Source: Candidatus Moranbacteria bacterium UBA2282
GTDB taxonomy: Bacteria; Patescibacteriota; Minisyncoccia; Moranbacterales; UBA2206
Direction of reading: 5' to 3'
Assembly: GCA_002345745.1 (NCBI GenBank)
Contig: DDWQ01000021.1
Location: forward strand, 1-59,911
DNA: 59,911 nucleotides
Shown: positions 1-8,500 of the stretch, in pieces
Numbering within the stretch: position 1 is the stretch's first letter
How the letters are laid out: the number at the start of each line of letters is the position of its first letter
Translations under genes and position numbers: made by a program
The notes under the pieces: generated by a model
Databases searched by the model: none
Seen by the model: only the letters and a program-made list of their open reading frames with translations
Told to the model about the DNA's origin: nothing

Positions 1-85
1 CCAACAAATTCCAGAGCAAAACCAACCACAACAACAAATAGAAACCAAAACTTTTCGATGGTGGAATCCATGGAGTTGGTTTTAG
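1..85 (+). CDS. 3' end of a CDS entering from upstream of the window (hypothetical; ...QQIPEQNQPQQQIETKTFRWWNPWSWF*)
   Basis: Frame 2 is open from the window edge to TAG 83-85 and a strong terminator follows. No family recognised, and other frames are also partly open. Confidence 0.3.
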   Translation, partial: QQIPEQNQPQQQIETKTFRWWNPWSWF

Positions 86-108
86 AACATATCCAAAACC
101 AATGCAAT

Positions 109-147
109 AAAAATCCTTCCATACGACCATATATGGAAGGATTTTTT
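109..147 (+). terminator. Rho-independent terminator
   Basis: ATCCTTCCATA (113-123) pairs with TATGGAAGGAT (132-142): 11-bp stem, 8-nt loop, then a T-run at 143-147. An A-run lies on the 5' side. Confidence 0.8.
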
Positions 148-157
148 GTTGTAGAAA

Positions 158-166
158 TTATCCACA
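158..166 (+). promoter_or_regulatory. TTATCCACA 9-mer (exact DnaA-box consensus) 9 nt upstream of a -35 element
   Basis: Exact match read in the sequence. The same TTATCCACAGG-N7-TTGACAG arrangement recurs at 16293. Confidence 0.45.
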
Positions 167-175
167 GGGAAATAA

Positions 176-204
176 TTGACAGCGATATGTTGTAATGATA
201 TTAT
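176..204 (+). promoter_or_regulatory. Sigma70-type promoter of the KilA-N gene
   Basis: TTGACA (176-181), 17-nt spacer, TATTAT (199-204). Confidence 0.6.
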
Positions 205-227
205 ATCACTATAAGCAACTAAAAATA

Positions 228-267
228 CCCCAGTTAAATAGTCGGCCTAAAACCGAATTTAACGGGG
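228..267 (+). promoter_or_regulatory. 5' leader hairpin CCCCAGTTAAAT...ATTTAACGGGG ending 9 nt before the ATG
   Basis: Long imperfect stem (outer CCCC/GGGG and GTTAAAT/ATTTAAC, inner TCGG/CCGA). A compensated homologue lies at 17654-17691. Confidence 0.5.
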
Positions 268-276
268 CAAGAAAAT

Positions 277-1164
277 ATGACAAAAAATAAAAGAGAAATA
301 AACATAAAAGGTACAATTGTAAACTTCTTTTCTGAAAAAGACGAAGATTTCATTTGTTTAACGGACATGGCAAAATTTAAGACCTATGATAGTGGAATTG
401 TTATATCTAACTGGCTCACTACGAAATACACCGTTCAATTCATGGGTGCATGGGAGCAATTGTATAACCCGAATTTTAATCTTATGGAATACCATAAGAT
501 TAAAAACGAAGTTGGTACTAATGGGTACATAATTTCTTCATCAATGTGGATCAGTAAAACTAATGCTATCGGTATCAGATCTAGTGCAGGCAGATATGGT
601 GGCACTTTTGCCCACAAAGATATTGCTTTTGAATTTGCAACCTGGCTTTCTCCAGAATTCAAGTTGTATTTAATTAAAGAATTCCAGCGTTTGAAAAATG
701 AGGAAAATGAGAGGTTGTCGCTTGGTTGGAATGTAAAAAGAATATTGACTAAAATTAACTATCGCATTCATACCGATGCTATTAGGGATTATATAATTCC
801 TGAGCGTATTTCTAAAATCCAAGAAAATAACATATACGCAAATGAGGCTGATGTTTTGAATGTAGCTTTATTTGGCATGACTGCCAAAGAATGGAAGGGT
901 AAGAATAAAAATAAAGATGGAAATGTGCGAGACTATGCAGATGTGGTACAGCTGGTTTGTTTGGCGAATTTGGAAAGCATGAACGCAATGCTTATCAAGA
1001 GAGAGGTGGAGCAAAAAGAAAGGTTACAAATTTTAAATGAAACGGCTATTGATCAGATGAAAAGTCTTTTTGGGAACAAAGGTATAAAAAGATTGGAGGA
1101 GAAAACTGGTGACATTTTGTCACCATTTGGAATTAATCGTTCCACGCGGAAGAGCGCAAAGTGA
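277..1164 (+). CDS. KilA-N domain DNA-binding protein
   Basis: The N-terminal ~130 aa carry the KilA-N signature (...RYGGTFAHKDIAFEFATWLSPEFKLYLIKEF...). The C-terminal half is helical and of unknown function. Confidence 0.8.
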   Translation: MTKNKREINIKGTIVNFFSEKDEDFICLTDMAKFKTYDSGIVISNWLTTKYTVQFMGAWEQLYNPNFNLMEYHKIKNEVGTNGYIISSSMWISKTNAIGIRSSAGRYGGTFAHKDIAFEFATWLSPEFKLYLIKEFQRLKNEENERLSLGWNVKRILTKINYRIHTDAIRDYIIPERISKIQENNIYANEADVLNVALFGMTAKEWKGKNKNKDGNVRDYADVVQLVCLANLESMNAMLIKREVEQKERLQILNETAIDQMKSLFGNKGIKRLEEKTGDILSPFGINRSTRKSAK

Positions 1165-1169
1165 AGATG

Positions 1170-1206
1170 AATTTCAACTGTCTACAATTTGTCGACAGTT
1201 GAAATT
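1170..1206 (+). terminator. 13-bp perfect inverted repeat directly after the KilA-N stop (terminator-like, no U-tract)
   Basis: AATTTCAACTGTC (1170-1182) pairs with GACAGTTGAAATT (1194-1206), 11-nt loop. Confidence 0.35.
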
Positions 1207-1311
1207 AAAGGCATTGGATGGAAAAATGCGCGAAACTGAGTGTACTAACATAAGAAGCATGTTTAATATTTAACATTTTACAATTCATCATTTTCGTGAA
1301 ACAATTCTAAT

Positions 1312-2100
1312 ATGAAAAAGATTTTGAGTATAAAATATTTAATAATTCTCCTAATTGCACTGGTCATTTTGGCCGGAGGTTTTTATGCGTTCAAAAAAAT
1401 GGAAGTTCGGAAGGTGCAGGTGATAATGAATGAAAATCAGGCGACACCAAAAGCAGAAACTGCTACGGAAGAAGTTGCACAAAATGATGCTGTGTCAGAG
1501 AATGGGGCAAACAAAACGGAAACAGGCCAAAATACGTTTGAAGTTGTTGAAAAAGCACCGAGTATCTCAGTTGAAAAAAGTGCAGAACCCATTGCTCCTG
1601 CTACGCAAAAAATAGATTCAGAGATAGTTTCTAAAAAATCAGTTGAAACTATCGTTAAATTGTTCACTTCTGGTTTTCAGGTTGCAGAAAATCGAAAAAT
1701 AGACACAATCATCATTCATTCGTCCTATGATGCACTTGGAGACAATCCATATAGTATAAGTGGCATAATCCAAGAATATAAGGATTATGGCGTCTCAGCA
1801 CATTATTTGATTGGCAGGGATGGTGTGGTCTATCAATTAGTGAGGGAAAAGGACATCGCCTATCATGCGGGCGTGAGTTCCGTGCCGGATGGCCGTACCG
1901 GCGTTAATGCTTTTTCCGTTGGGATTGAACTAGTGAACACCAAAACAAATGAATTCACCACAGTTCAATATAGCACGCTAAAAAACTTGATTAGCGAATT
2001 AAAAAGTCGCTACAGCATTAAATATGTCCTAGGTCACAATCAAATTGCCCCAGAACGAAAAGATGACCCGTGGAATTTTGATTGGAGCAAGCTCAAGTAA
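1312..2100 (+). CDS. N-acetylmuramoyl-L-alanine amidase (Amidase_2/AmpD-PGRP fold) with an N-terminal membrane anchor
   Basis: TM helix at residues 7-27. C-terminal domain motifs: IIIHSSY...AHYLIGRDG...AYHAG...GIELVN...GHNQIAP.RKDDP. Confidence 0.8.
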   Translation: MKKILSIKYLIILLIALVILAGGFYAFKKMEVRKVQVIMNENQATPKAETATEEVAQNDAVSENGANKTETGQNTFEVVEKAPSISVEKSAEPIAPATQKIDSEIVSKKSVETIVKLFTSGFQVAENRKIDTIIIHSSYDALGDNPYSISGIIQEYKDYGVSAHYLIGRDGVVYQLVREKDIAYHAGVSSVPDGRTGVNAFSVGIELVNTKTNEFTTVQYSTLKNLISELKSRYSIKYVLGHNQIAPERKDDPWNFDWSKLK

Positions 2101-2151
2101 GTCTTTATTGTAGCCAAAAAGCATTCTCGATAAAACTATCAATATTTGGCA

Positions 2152-2181
2152 TTGGACGGAATTTGTGGCTATTGGTATAAT
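2152..2181 (+). promoter_or_regulatory. Extended -10 promoter
   Basis: TTGGAC (2152-2157), 18-nt spacer, TGgTATAAT (-10 at 2176-2181). Confidence 0.45.
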
Positions 2182-2213
2182 GGTAGTTGTCTTAAATCGT
2201 AAAAAATAATTTT

Positions 2214-2543
2214 ATGGAAATAAAAAATAAATTCGAGAAGCTTTTAATTGCTATCACGGGTCTATTGGTAATGACACTGATTGTTTTTGGTATAAAAATT
2301 AAGGAAGATGACAAAAAGATTGCCACTATTCAAAATGACCTGAATGATATTAGTAACTCAATTGGAAATTCCTTGAATATGCAAAAACAAGCAATAACTA
2401 ATCGTGAGATTCTTTTAGATAAGATTGCAACTGCACCAGCTCCAGATACAACGAAAGCAGTGACAACCCAAGTCATTGTGCCTGGCAAAGTTGTTCCACA
2501 GCAAGTTCCAGTCACCTCAACAAAGAAAACAAAAACATCATAA
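2214..2543 (+). CDS. Hypothetical membrane-anchored protein
   Basis: ORF with one N-terminal TM helix (LLIAITGLLVMTLIVFGI). No family recognised. Confidence 0.5.
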   Translation: MEIKNKFEKLLIAITGLLVMTLIVFGIKIKEDDKKIATIQNDLNDISNSIGNSLNMQKQAITNREILLDKIATAPAPDTTKAVTTQVIVPGKVVPQQVPVTSTKKTKTS

Positions 2544-2547
2544 AAAT

Positions 2548-2928
2548 ATGAAAATGAAAAAAGGCACATTCATTTTTCTAGGTATGATTGCATTGGTGAT
2601 CGGCTTTGGTTTTGCTAGAATAGTTCTCAAAAATGATTTATCGGCACCAGTTGCCTTGGCCGATGATGAAGATGACGAAAGCGAGGATGATGACGATGAT
2701 GAAGACGGTGGTGAATCAAAAACTGAGACGGTAGTTACGTATAAAACAATATATGTGAAACTGCCAGATACAATGGCTGAAAAAATTATTCAAGTGCCAT
2801 TGCACGATAGTGATAGCGACGGTATTTATGATGGTGAAGATCAATACCCATTTGTTAATAAATTTTTCGTAGTCGAGGATAAAAATCTAAATGGAATTAA
2901 TGATGAATATGAAAAGTTCGGTAGATAA
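2548..2928 (+). CDS. Hypothetical membrane-anchored protein with a poly-acidic stretch and a DSDSDG calcium-binding-like motif
   Basis: ATG at 2548 (MKMKKGTFIFLGMIALVIGFG) directly after the upstream stop. The ORF-track start at 2476 overlaps the previous gene. Confidence 0.5.
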   Translation: MKMKKGTFIFLGMIALVIGFGFARIVLKNDLSAPVALADDEDDESEDDDDDEDGGESKTETVVTYKTIYVKLPDTMAEKIIQVPLHDSDSDGIYDGEDQYPFVNKFFVVEDKNLNGINDEYEKFGR

Positions 2929-3859
2929 TAGTTTGGTGTTAGAAAATTTTCGGGCAATGGGCACGGATGTTTCCATCGAAATCGCGGTGGGGTTTGGGCA
3001 CTTAGAGCCCAAGGGGACGCTAAGTGCTCTTCAAGAAGTCAAAGAAATTTTTACTGAGAATGAAAAAATATTTAGTCGATTCGATAGTGAGAGTGAACTT
3101 TCAAAAATAAATTCCAACTTGAATAAAAAAATTGTTGTTTCAGAAAAAATGTTTGAAGTGCTGGAGTTGTGCCTGAAATTTAATAAGATTTCAAATGGTT
3201 ATTTTGATCCACGTGTAATCGGGGTTTTGGAGAAGATCGGCTATGATAAAGATTTCAAAAACAATGACTTGAATACGAAAGAAACAAAGGAAATTGAGAT
3301 AGAAAAATTCGAGAATGATTTGCAAAAAGATTTAATTTTGGATGCTGAGAAAAAAACTATTCTGGCTCGTAAAAGAATTGATACGACGGGCATCGCTAAG
3401 GGTTATACTGTTGATGAAGCGGCACAATTTTTGAAAAAAGAAGGTTTTCAAAATTTTGTAGTTGATGCCGGTGGCGATATGTTTGCTCAAGGCTTGAATA
3501 TTGATGGTCAATATTGGACAATCGGAGTGGAGGGTGCGCCAGATGACAAAGTTGTGTTGAAATTGCAAAAAGAAGGGATTGCCACCTCTGGGATTTCTCG
3601 CAAGCGTTGGATACTGGGTGATAAAAAGGTTCATCATTTGATCAATCCGAAAGACCCAGAGAATTTTTCCTACGACATCAAGACAGTGACAGTGATTGAT
3701 ACAAAAACAGTTGAAGCTGATGGACGTGCCAAGACGCTAGTGCTGATGGGAAAAGAAAGGGGATTGGAATTTGCCAATAAAAATAATATAAAGGCATTGT
3801 TCCTAGATTATCGAGGCAATGTCTATCTATCAAATGAAATCAAAAAAAATATTTTATAG
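2891..3859 (+). CDS. apbE: FAD:protein FMN transferase (ApbE family)
   Basis: FRAMGTDVSIEI near the N-terminus, TGIAKGYTVDEA and VVDAGGDMFAQG motifs, typical ApbE length. Confidence 0.8.
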   Translation: MELMMNMKSSVDNSLVLENFRAMGTDVSIEIAVGFGHLEPKGTLSALQEVKEIFTENEKIFSRFDSESELSKINSNLNKKIVVSEKMFEVLELCLKFNKISNGYFDPRVIGVLEKIGYDKDFKNNDLNTKETKEIEIEKFENDLQKDLILDAEKKTILARKRIDTTGIAKGYTVDEAAQFLKKEGFQNFVVDAGGDMFAQGLNIDGQYWTIGVEGAPDDKVVLKLQKEGIATSGISRKRWILGDKKVHHLINPKDPENFSYDIKTVTVIDTKTVEADGRAKTLVLMGKERGLEFANKNNIKALFLDYRGNVYLSNEIKKNIL

Positions 3860-4709
3860 TTTCATAGTTGTGATGGCGATTGCTTCGCTGATTTTTTCTT
3901 TTGCAAGAGCTGAGGAAAATGAAAATAAAAAACTTGATTATGGTGATCAGCCAATAGTGGATAGCGATTTGGACGGGTTGACTAATCAGGCGGAGATTCA
4001 GGTTTATGGCACTGATTATAAAAATGCTGATACGGATAGTGATGGACTTATGGATGGAATTGAAGTTGTGAATGGAACAAGTCCGCTTGATGTTGTTGAT
4101 CCAGAATTTTTGCCAGCTTCACTTGTGCAAGAAACACCCTGGGCCTGGTATATTGGCCGCGCTTCAGGTATCATTGGTTTTGTTTTTCTTTGGATAACAA
4201 TTTTCCTAGGATTAGCTATTCGCAATCCATTGCTCAAAAAAATCGTCGAGCCGATCTATAGTTTTGATTTCCATTGTTTCACGGCAGCCATAGCTGTTTT
4301 CTGGTCCTTGGTGCATGGCACAAGTTTTTTGCTTGATCATATAATGGTATTTGGTATCGCGGATATTGCTATCCCATATTTTTATAATTCGACGCTGGTG
4401 AATACTAATTATATGGCCTTGGGTATTATGGCCTTCTATATTATGGTGATTATGACCGGCACTTCCTATTTACGCAGGCATATGAGTCACTGGCTGTGGC
4501 GCGCGTTGCATTTCCTGAATCCACTAGCCTTTATTTTTGTAGTCATTCATGGCTATAACATCGGCACAGATATGAAAAATATTTATATCGGGGGCGTGTT
4601 TCTTTTTTCATCTGCCATATTGGCACTGATATATTTTTCCAGCTTGGTGTTTATGCTTGTTAATAGAATTAAACAAAAACAATTTAAAGGCTCAACCTTT
4701 GAGGAGTAA
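3819..4709 (+). CDS. Membrane protein with N-terminal TSP3-like Asp-rich repeats and a ferric-reductase-like (bis-heme) transmembrane domain
   Basis: Signal/TM segment, then DSDLDGL...DTDSDGLMDGIE. Multi-TM C-terminal part has two His pairs spaced 13-14 residues within helices (FHCF...LVHG; ALHF...VIHG). Confidence 0.55.
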   Translation: MSIYQMKSKKIFYSFIVVMAIASLIFSFARAEENENKKLDYGDQPIVDSDLDGLTNQAEIQVYGTDYKNADTDSDGLMDGIEVVNGTSPLDVVDPEFLPASLVQETPWAWYIGRASGIIGFVFLWITIFLGLAIRNPLLKKIVEPIYSFDFHCFTAAIAVFWSLVHGTSFLLDHIMVFGIADIAIPYFYNSTLVNTNYMALGIMAFYIMVIMTGTSYLRRHMSHWLWRALHFLNPLAFIFVVIHGYNIGTDMKNIYIGGVFLFSSAILALIYFSSLVFMLVNRIKQKQFKGSTFEE

Positions 4710-4729
4710 ATAAGAAGACATAATGCAAT

Positions 4730-5005
4730 ATGAATATTCAAATCACAATCGAAAACAAAATAGTCATCGTCAGTCTTTTAGAAAAAAAGACGCTTATTGA
4801 TAATGTCGTTATCTCAGAAGAGCACCGCCTATCCGAAGACTTGCTGCCAACTATCGACAAACTGCTCAAAAAAAATAACCTCGAGACTCAAGACATCGCT
4901 AAAATGACTTTGCAATCCGATATGGGCGACAATTTCACCACGCACCGCATCGCCGCCGCGGTCACCAACGCTTTTAATTGGGCGAATAAAAAAATCCTAG
5001 ATTAG
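4730..5005 (+). CDS. Short protein resembling the N-terminal half of TsaB/YeaZ
   Basis: The 91-aa ORF follows the layout MxIxI...HRLSEDLLPTIDKLLKKNNL...DIAKMTL...THRIAAAVTNAF, which parallels the TsaB N-domain but lacks the GPGSFTG glycines. Confidence 0.35.
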   Translation: MNIQITIENKIVIVSLLEKKTLIDNVVISEEHRLSEDLLPTIDKLLKKNNLETQDIAKMTLQSDMGDNFTTHRIAAAVTNAFNWANKKILD

Positions 5006-5020
5006 GTAATTAACATAATC

Positions 5021-5029
5021 TGTGGATAA
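5021..5029 (-). promoter_or_regulatory. TTATCCACA 9-mer (DnaA-box consensus) on the minus strand
   Basis: The plus strand reads TGTGGATAA. Intergenic position. Confidence 0.35.
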
Positions 5030-5070
5030 CTAGTGTAATGAATAACTAGGTAAAAATCGAATATTAGACA

Positions 5071-5094
5071 AAATGGCTTACTCGAGCCATTTTT
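5071..5094 (+). terminator. Rho-independent terminator
   Basis: AAATGGCT pairs with AGCCATTT, 6-nt loop, followed by TTTTGTTTT. Confidence 0.7.
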
Positions 5095-5135
5095 GTTTTA
5101 TTGGTGAACTTATTTAAAGAAAAGAGATTTTCTTC

Positions 5136-5163
5136 TTGACAAGATTGAAAAAATCCTTATAAT
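5136..5163 (+). promoter_or_regulatory. Consensus sigma70-type promoter about 385 nt upstream of rpoB
   Basis: TTGACA (5136-5141), 16-nt spacer, TATAAT (5158-5163). Confidence 0.6.
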
Positions 5164-5548
5164 TAGGAATACATTTGTCAAGACTGTCGTTAAAGATAGT
5201 TGCGACTAAAAAAACCTTCTTCATGAACTAGGTCCGGGGGTGAAACAGAGTTCAAATAAAAGCTCTACTGAGCTAAAAATCTTGCAAAACACAACTAAAT
5301 AATTAAATACAAAGGCTCTGTAACGAAACAGTTCGCACATTTCGCACTCATCTTCACGCCATTTTTGTTTGAAAAAATCTTCAAAGTATAATGATACATT
5401 CTCAAATTTTTTCAAAACAAACCTGACGCAAACCTGAGCACGAACTGCACAATCTGCTTCATCACAAAGCCTTAACTGTAAATCTCATTCGTATTACTTG
5501 TCCAAGTTACACCACTTGAAACAAGGAATAAATAATGAGAGTATTTTT

Positions 5549-8500
5549 ATGCTTAATGCTCAAAAAACATTGAAGATAAAGGACACTTTTAGCTCAGGAT
5601 CTTCACTGGCTAAGCGAAAATTCTTCAAGAAGATGTCGTTCGTTTCATTGCCCAACCTTATTGAAGCCCAGTTAAATTCTTATGATTGGTTGCTGGAAAA
5701 AGGTATTAAAGAGCTTTTATCAGAAGTAAATCCAATCACTGATTTTACAGGCAAGGATTTGGAATTATCTTTTGAAGATTATTATTTAGATGAGCCAAAA
5801 TATGACGAAGTAACTGCTAAAAATAAGAATATTTCTTATGAAGCACCAATTCGTTGCAAGGTTCGTTTGGTTATTAAAAAAACTGGAGAAATCAAAGAGC
5901 AAGAAATTTATTTAGGCGATTTCCCAATTATGACTGAACGGGGAACATTTATTATCAATGGTGTAGAAAGAGTCGTTGTGAGCCAGCTAATCAGAAGTCC
6001 TGGCGTTTTCTTCACGATGAATTATCAGAAAGGAAGAAGATTGTTTGGTGCAAAGATTATCCCGAATAGAGGTGCATGGCTTGAAATTGAGACTGATTTC
6101 GAAGGTGTGATCTATGTAAAAATTGACAGAAAAAGAAAAGTTGCCCTAAGTTCACTGCTTAGAGCTTTTGGCTTTGCAACTGATAAACAACTGCACGACA
6201 TTTTTTCTGATGTAGATAAAGGTGAAATCAGCTATATTACGGAAACAATTCGTAAAGATGCAGCCAAAGATCAAGCGGAGGGTTATAAAGAAATTTATAA
6301 GAGAATTCGACCAGGTGATTTAGCTACGGCGGAAAATGCACGACAAATGATTGATTCAATGTTTTTCAATTTTGAAAAATATGACTTCGGTAGCGTTGGG
6401 CGCTATCGTTTGAACCAACGACTAGAAACAGAGCTAGAAAATACCGAAGAAAATCGAGTTCTACTTCGTGATGATTTGATTGCGATTGTTAAAGAGATTA
6501 TGCGACTTAATAATGATCCAACAGCCCAAGCTGATGATATTGATCATCTTGGTAACAGAAGAGTGCGTGGCGTTGGTGAACTTGTGCAAAACAAATTGCG
6601 CGTTGGTTTCGCTAGAATGAGTCGAAATATTAAAGATCGGATGAGTACTTGTGATCTTGAGACTGTTGTCCCAGGACAATTGGTTAATTCTCGACCGATT
6701 GCGGCTGCGATTAAGGAATTTTTTGCGAGCTCTCAATTATCACAGTTTATGGACCAAGTGAATCCATTGGCTGAGTTGGAACATAAGCGTAGACTTTCTG
6801 CGATGGGACCGGGAGGACTCACTCGTGAACGAGCTGGATTTGAAGTTCGAGATGTTCATCATTCTCATTATGGCCGAATTTGCCCAGTAGAAACTCCAGA
6901 AGGTCCAAACATTGGTTTAGTTGGTCATTTAGCTACTTATGCCAAGATCAATGATTATGGTTTTCTTGAAACACCATATTTAAATGTATATAACGAAGTT
7001 GAAAATACGGTTGAAAAACTTACTTCAAGAATTTTGCGCGAAGATGTGGCTGGTTTAACTGCTGGTACGCTACTTACGGAAGAAATGGCGACTAAGATTG
7101 CTGCGGATAAAAAAATTAAGACCGTGAAGATTCAACCGTGGGCTAGTCATGAGATTGAATATATTAATGCTACCAAAGAAGACCGAAAAACTATTGCACA
7201 TGCCAATATTAAAATGGATGAGCATGGAAATATTTTAGAAAACATTGTTGGTGCTCGAGTGAAAGGACACGCTACAGAAATTGAAGCAATAAAACTTGAT
7301 TATATTGATGTTTCAGCTAAACAAATGATCTCCGTGGCAACTTCGCTTATTCCTTTCTTGGAACACGATGATGCCAACCGAGCTTTGATGGGTTCAAATA
7401 TGCAACGACAAGCTGTGTCTTGTGTGAAACCACAAGCGCCACTTGTTGGAACTGGAATTGAAGACAAAGCGGCTGCTGATTCTGGGCAAGTTGTTATTGC
7501 AAAACAGGCGGGAGAAGTGATTGAAGTTGATGCTGATCATGTTATTGTGAAAGAAGAAGCTCCCGTAGGTGCAAAAAAACCTTATATTAAAAGAGAGTAT
7601 CGTTTGCAAAGTTTTGTGAAGTCCAATGCTTTCACTTCAATGAATCAAGTGCCACGCGTTGCGAAAGGTCAAATGATTAAAAAAGGTGAACTCTTGGCTG
7701 ATGGTGCTTCAACTGATCATGGTGAACTAGCATTAGGACAAAATATTTTGATTGCGTTTGTCTCATGGGAAGGTTCAAATTATGAAGATGCGATTATTAT
7801 TTCTGAAAAATTAGTGCAGGATGACAGATACAGCTCTATTCATATTGAAGATTTTTCTATTGATGTGCGTGATACAAAACTAGGAGCAGAAGTCATCACT
7901 CGTGATATTCCAAACATCGGAGAAGAAAGATTAAAGAATTTAGATGAAACGGGTATTATTAGAATCGGAGCTGAAGTTGCTTCTGGGGATATTCTAACTG
8001 GAAAAATTTCACCCAAAGGTGAAGGTGATTTGACGAGCGAAGAACGATTACTGCGAGCTATCTTTGGAGAAAAATCACGTGATGTTAAAGATAGTTCACT
8101 CTATCTTCCGCATGGTGAATACGGAAAAGTAGTGGATATAAAAATATTCTCTCGTGAACAAGGCGACAAATTGCCAACAGGTGTTATTCAACAAATTCAA
8201 GTTTCCGTAGCTCAGTTGAAGAAAATTTCTGTTGGAGACAAACTTGCTGGACGTCATGGAAACAAAGGTGTGATTTCACGAGTAGCCCCAGCTGAAGATA
8301 TGCCATATTTGCCAGATGGAACTCCAGTAGATATGATTCTAAATCCATTAGGTATTGCATCTCGAATGAATATTGGACAGATTTTGGAAACTACTCTTGG
8401 GTGGGCAGCTTTGAAATTAGATTATAAAGTAGCTACACCAGCCTTGGAAGGAATCACTGAAGAACAAATTCGTGGAGAACTGACTAAGGCTGAATTGCCA

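Noticed and set aside
5221-5415. 64-aa minus-strand ORF in the rpoB leader.
   Set aside because: It has no start context and an odd Cys/Phe/Glu-rich composition, and it lies antisense to a region downstream of a perfect plus-strand promoter. I kept only the non-coding-leader observation.
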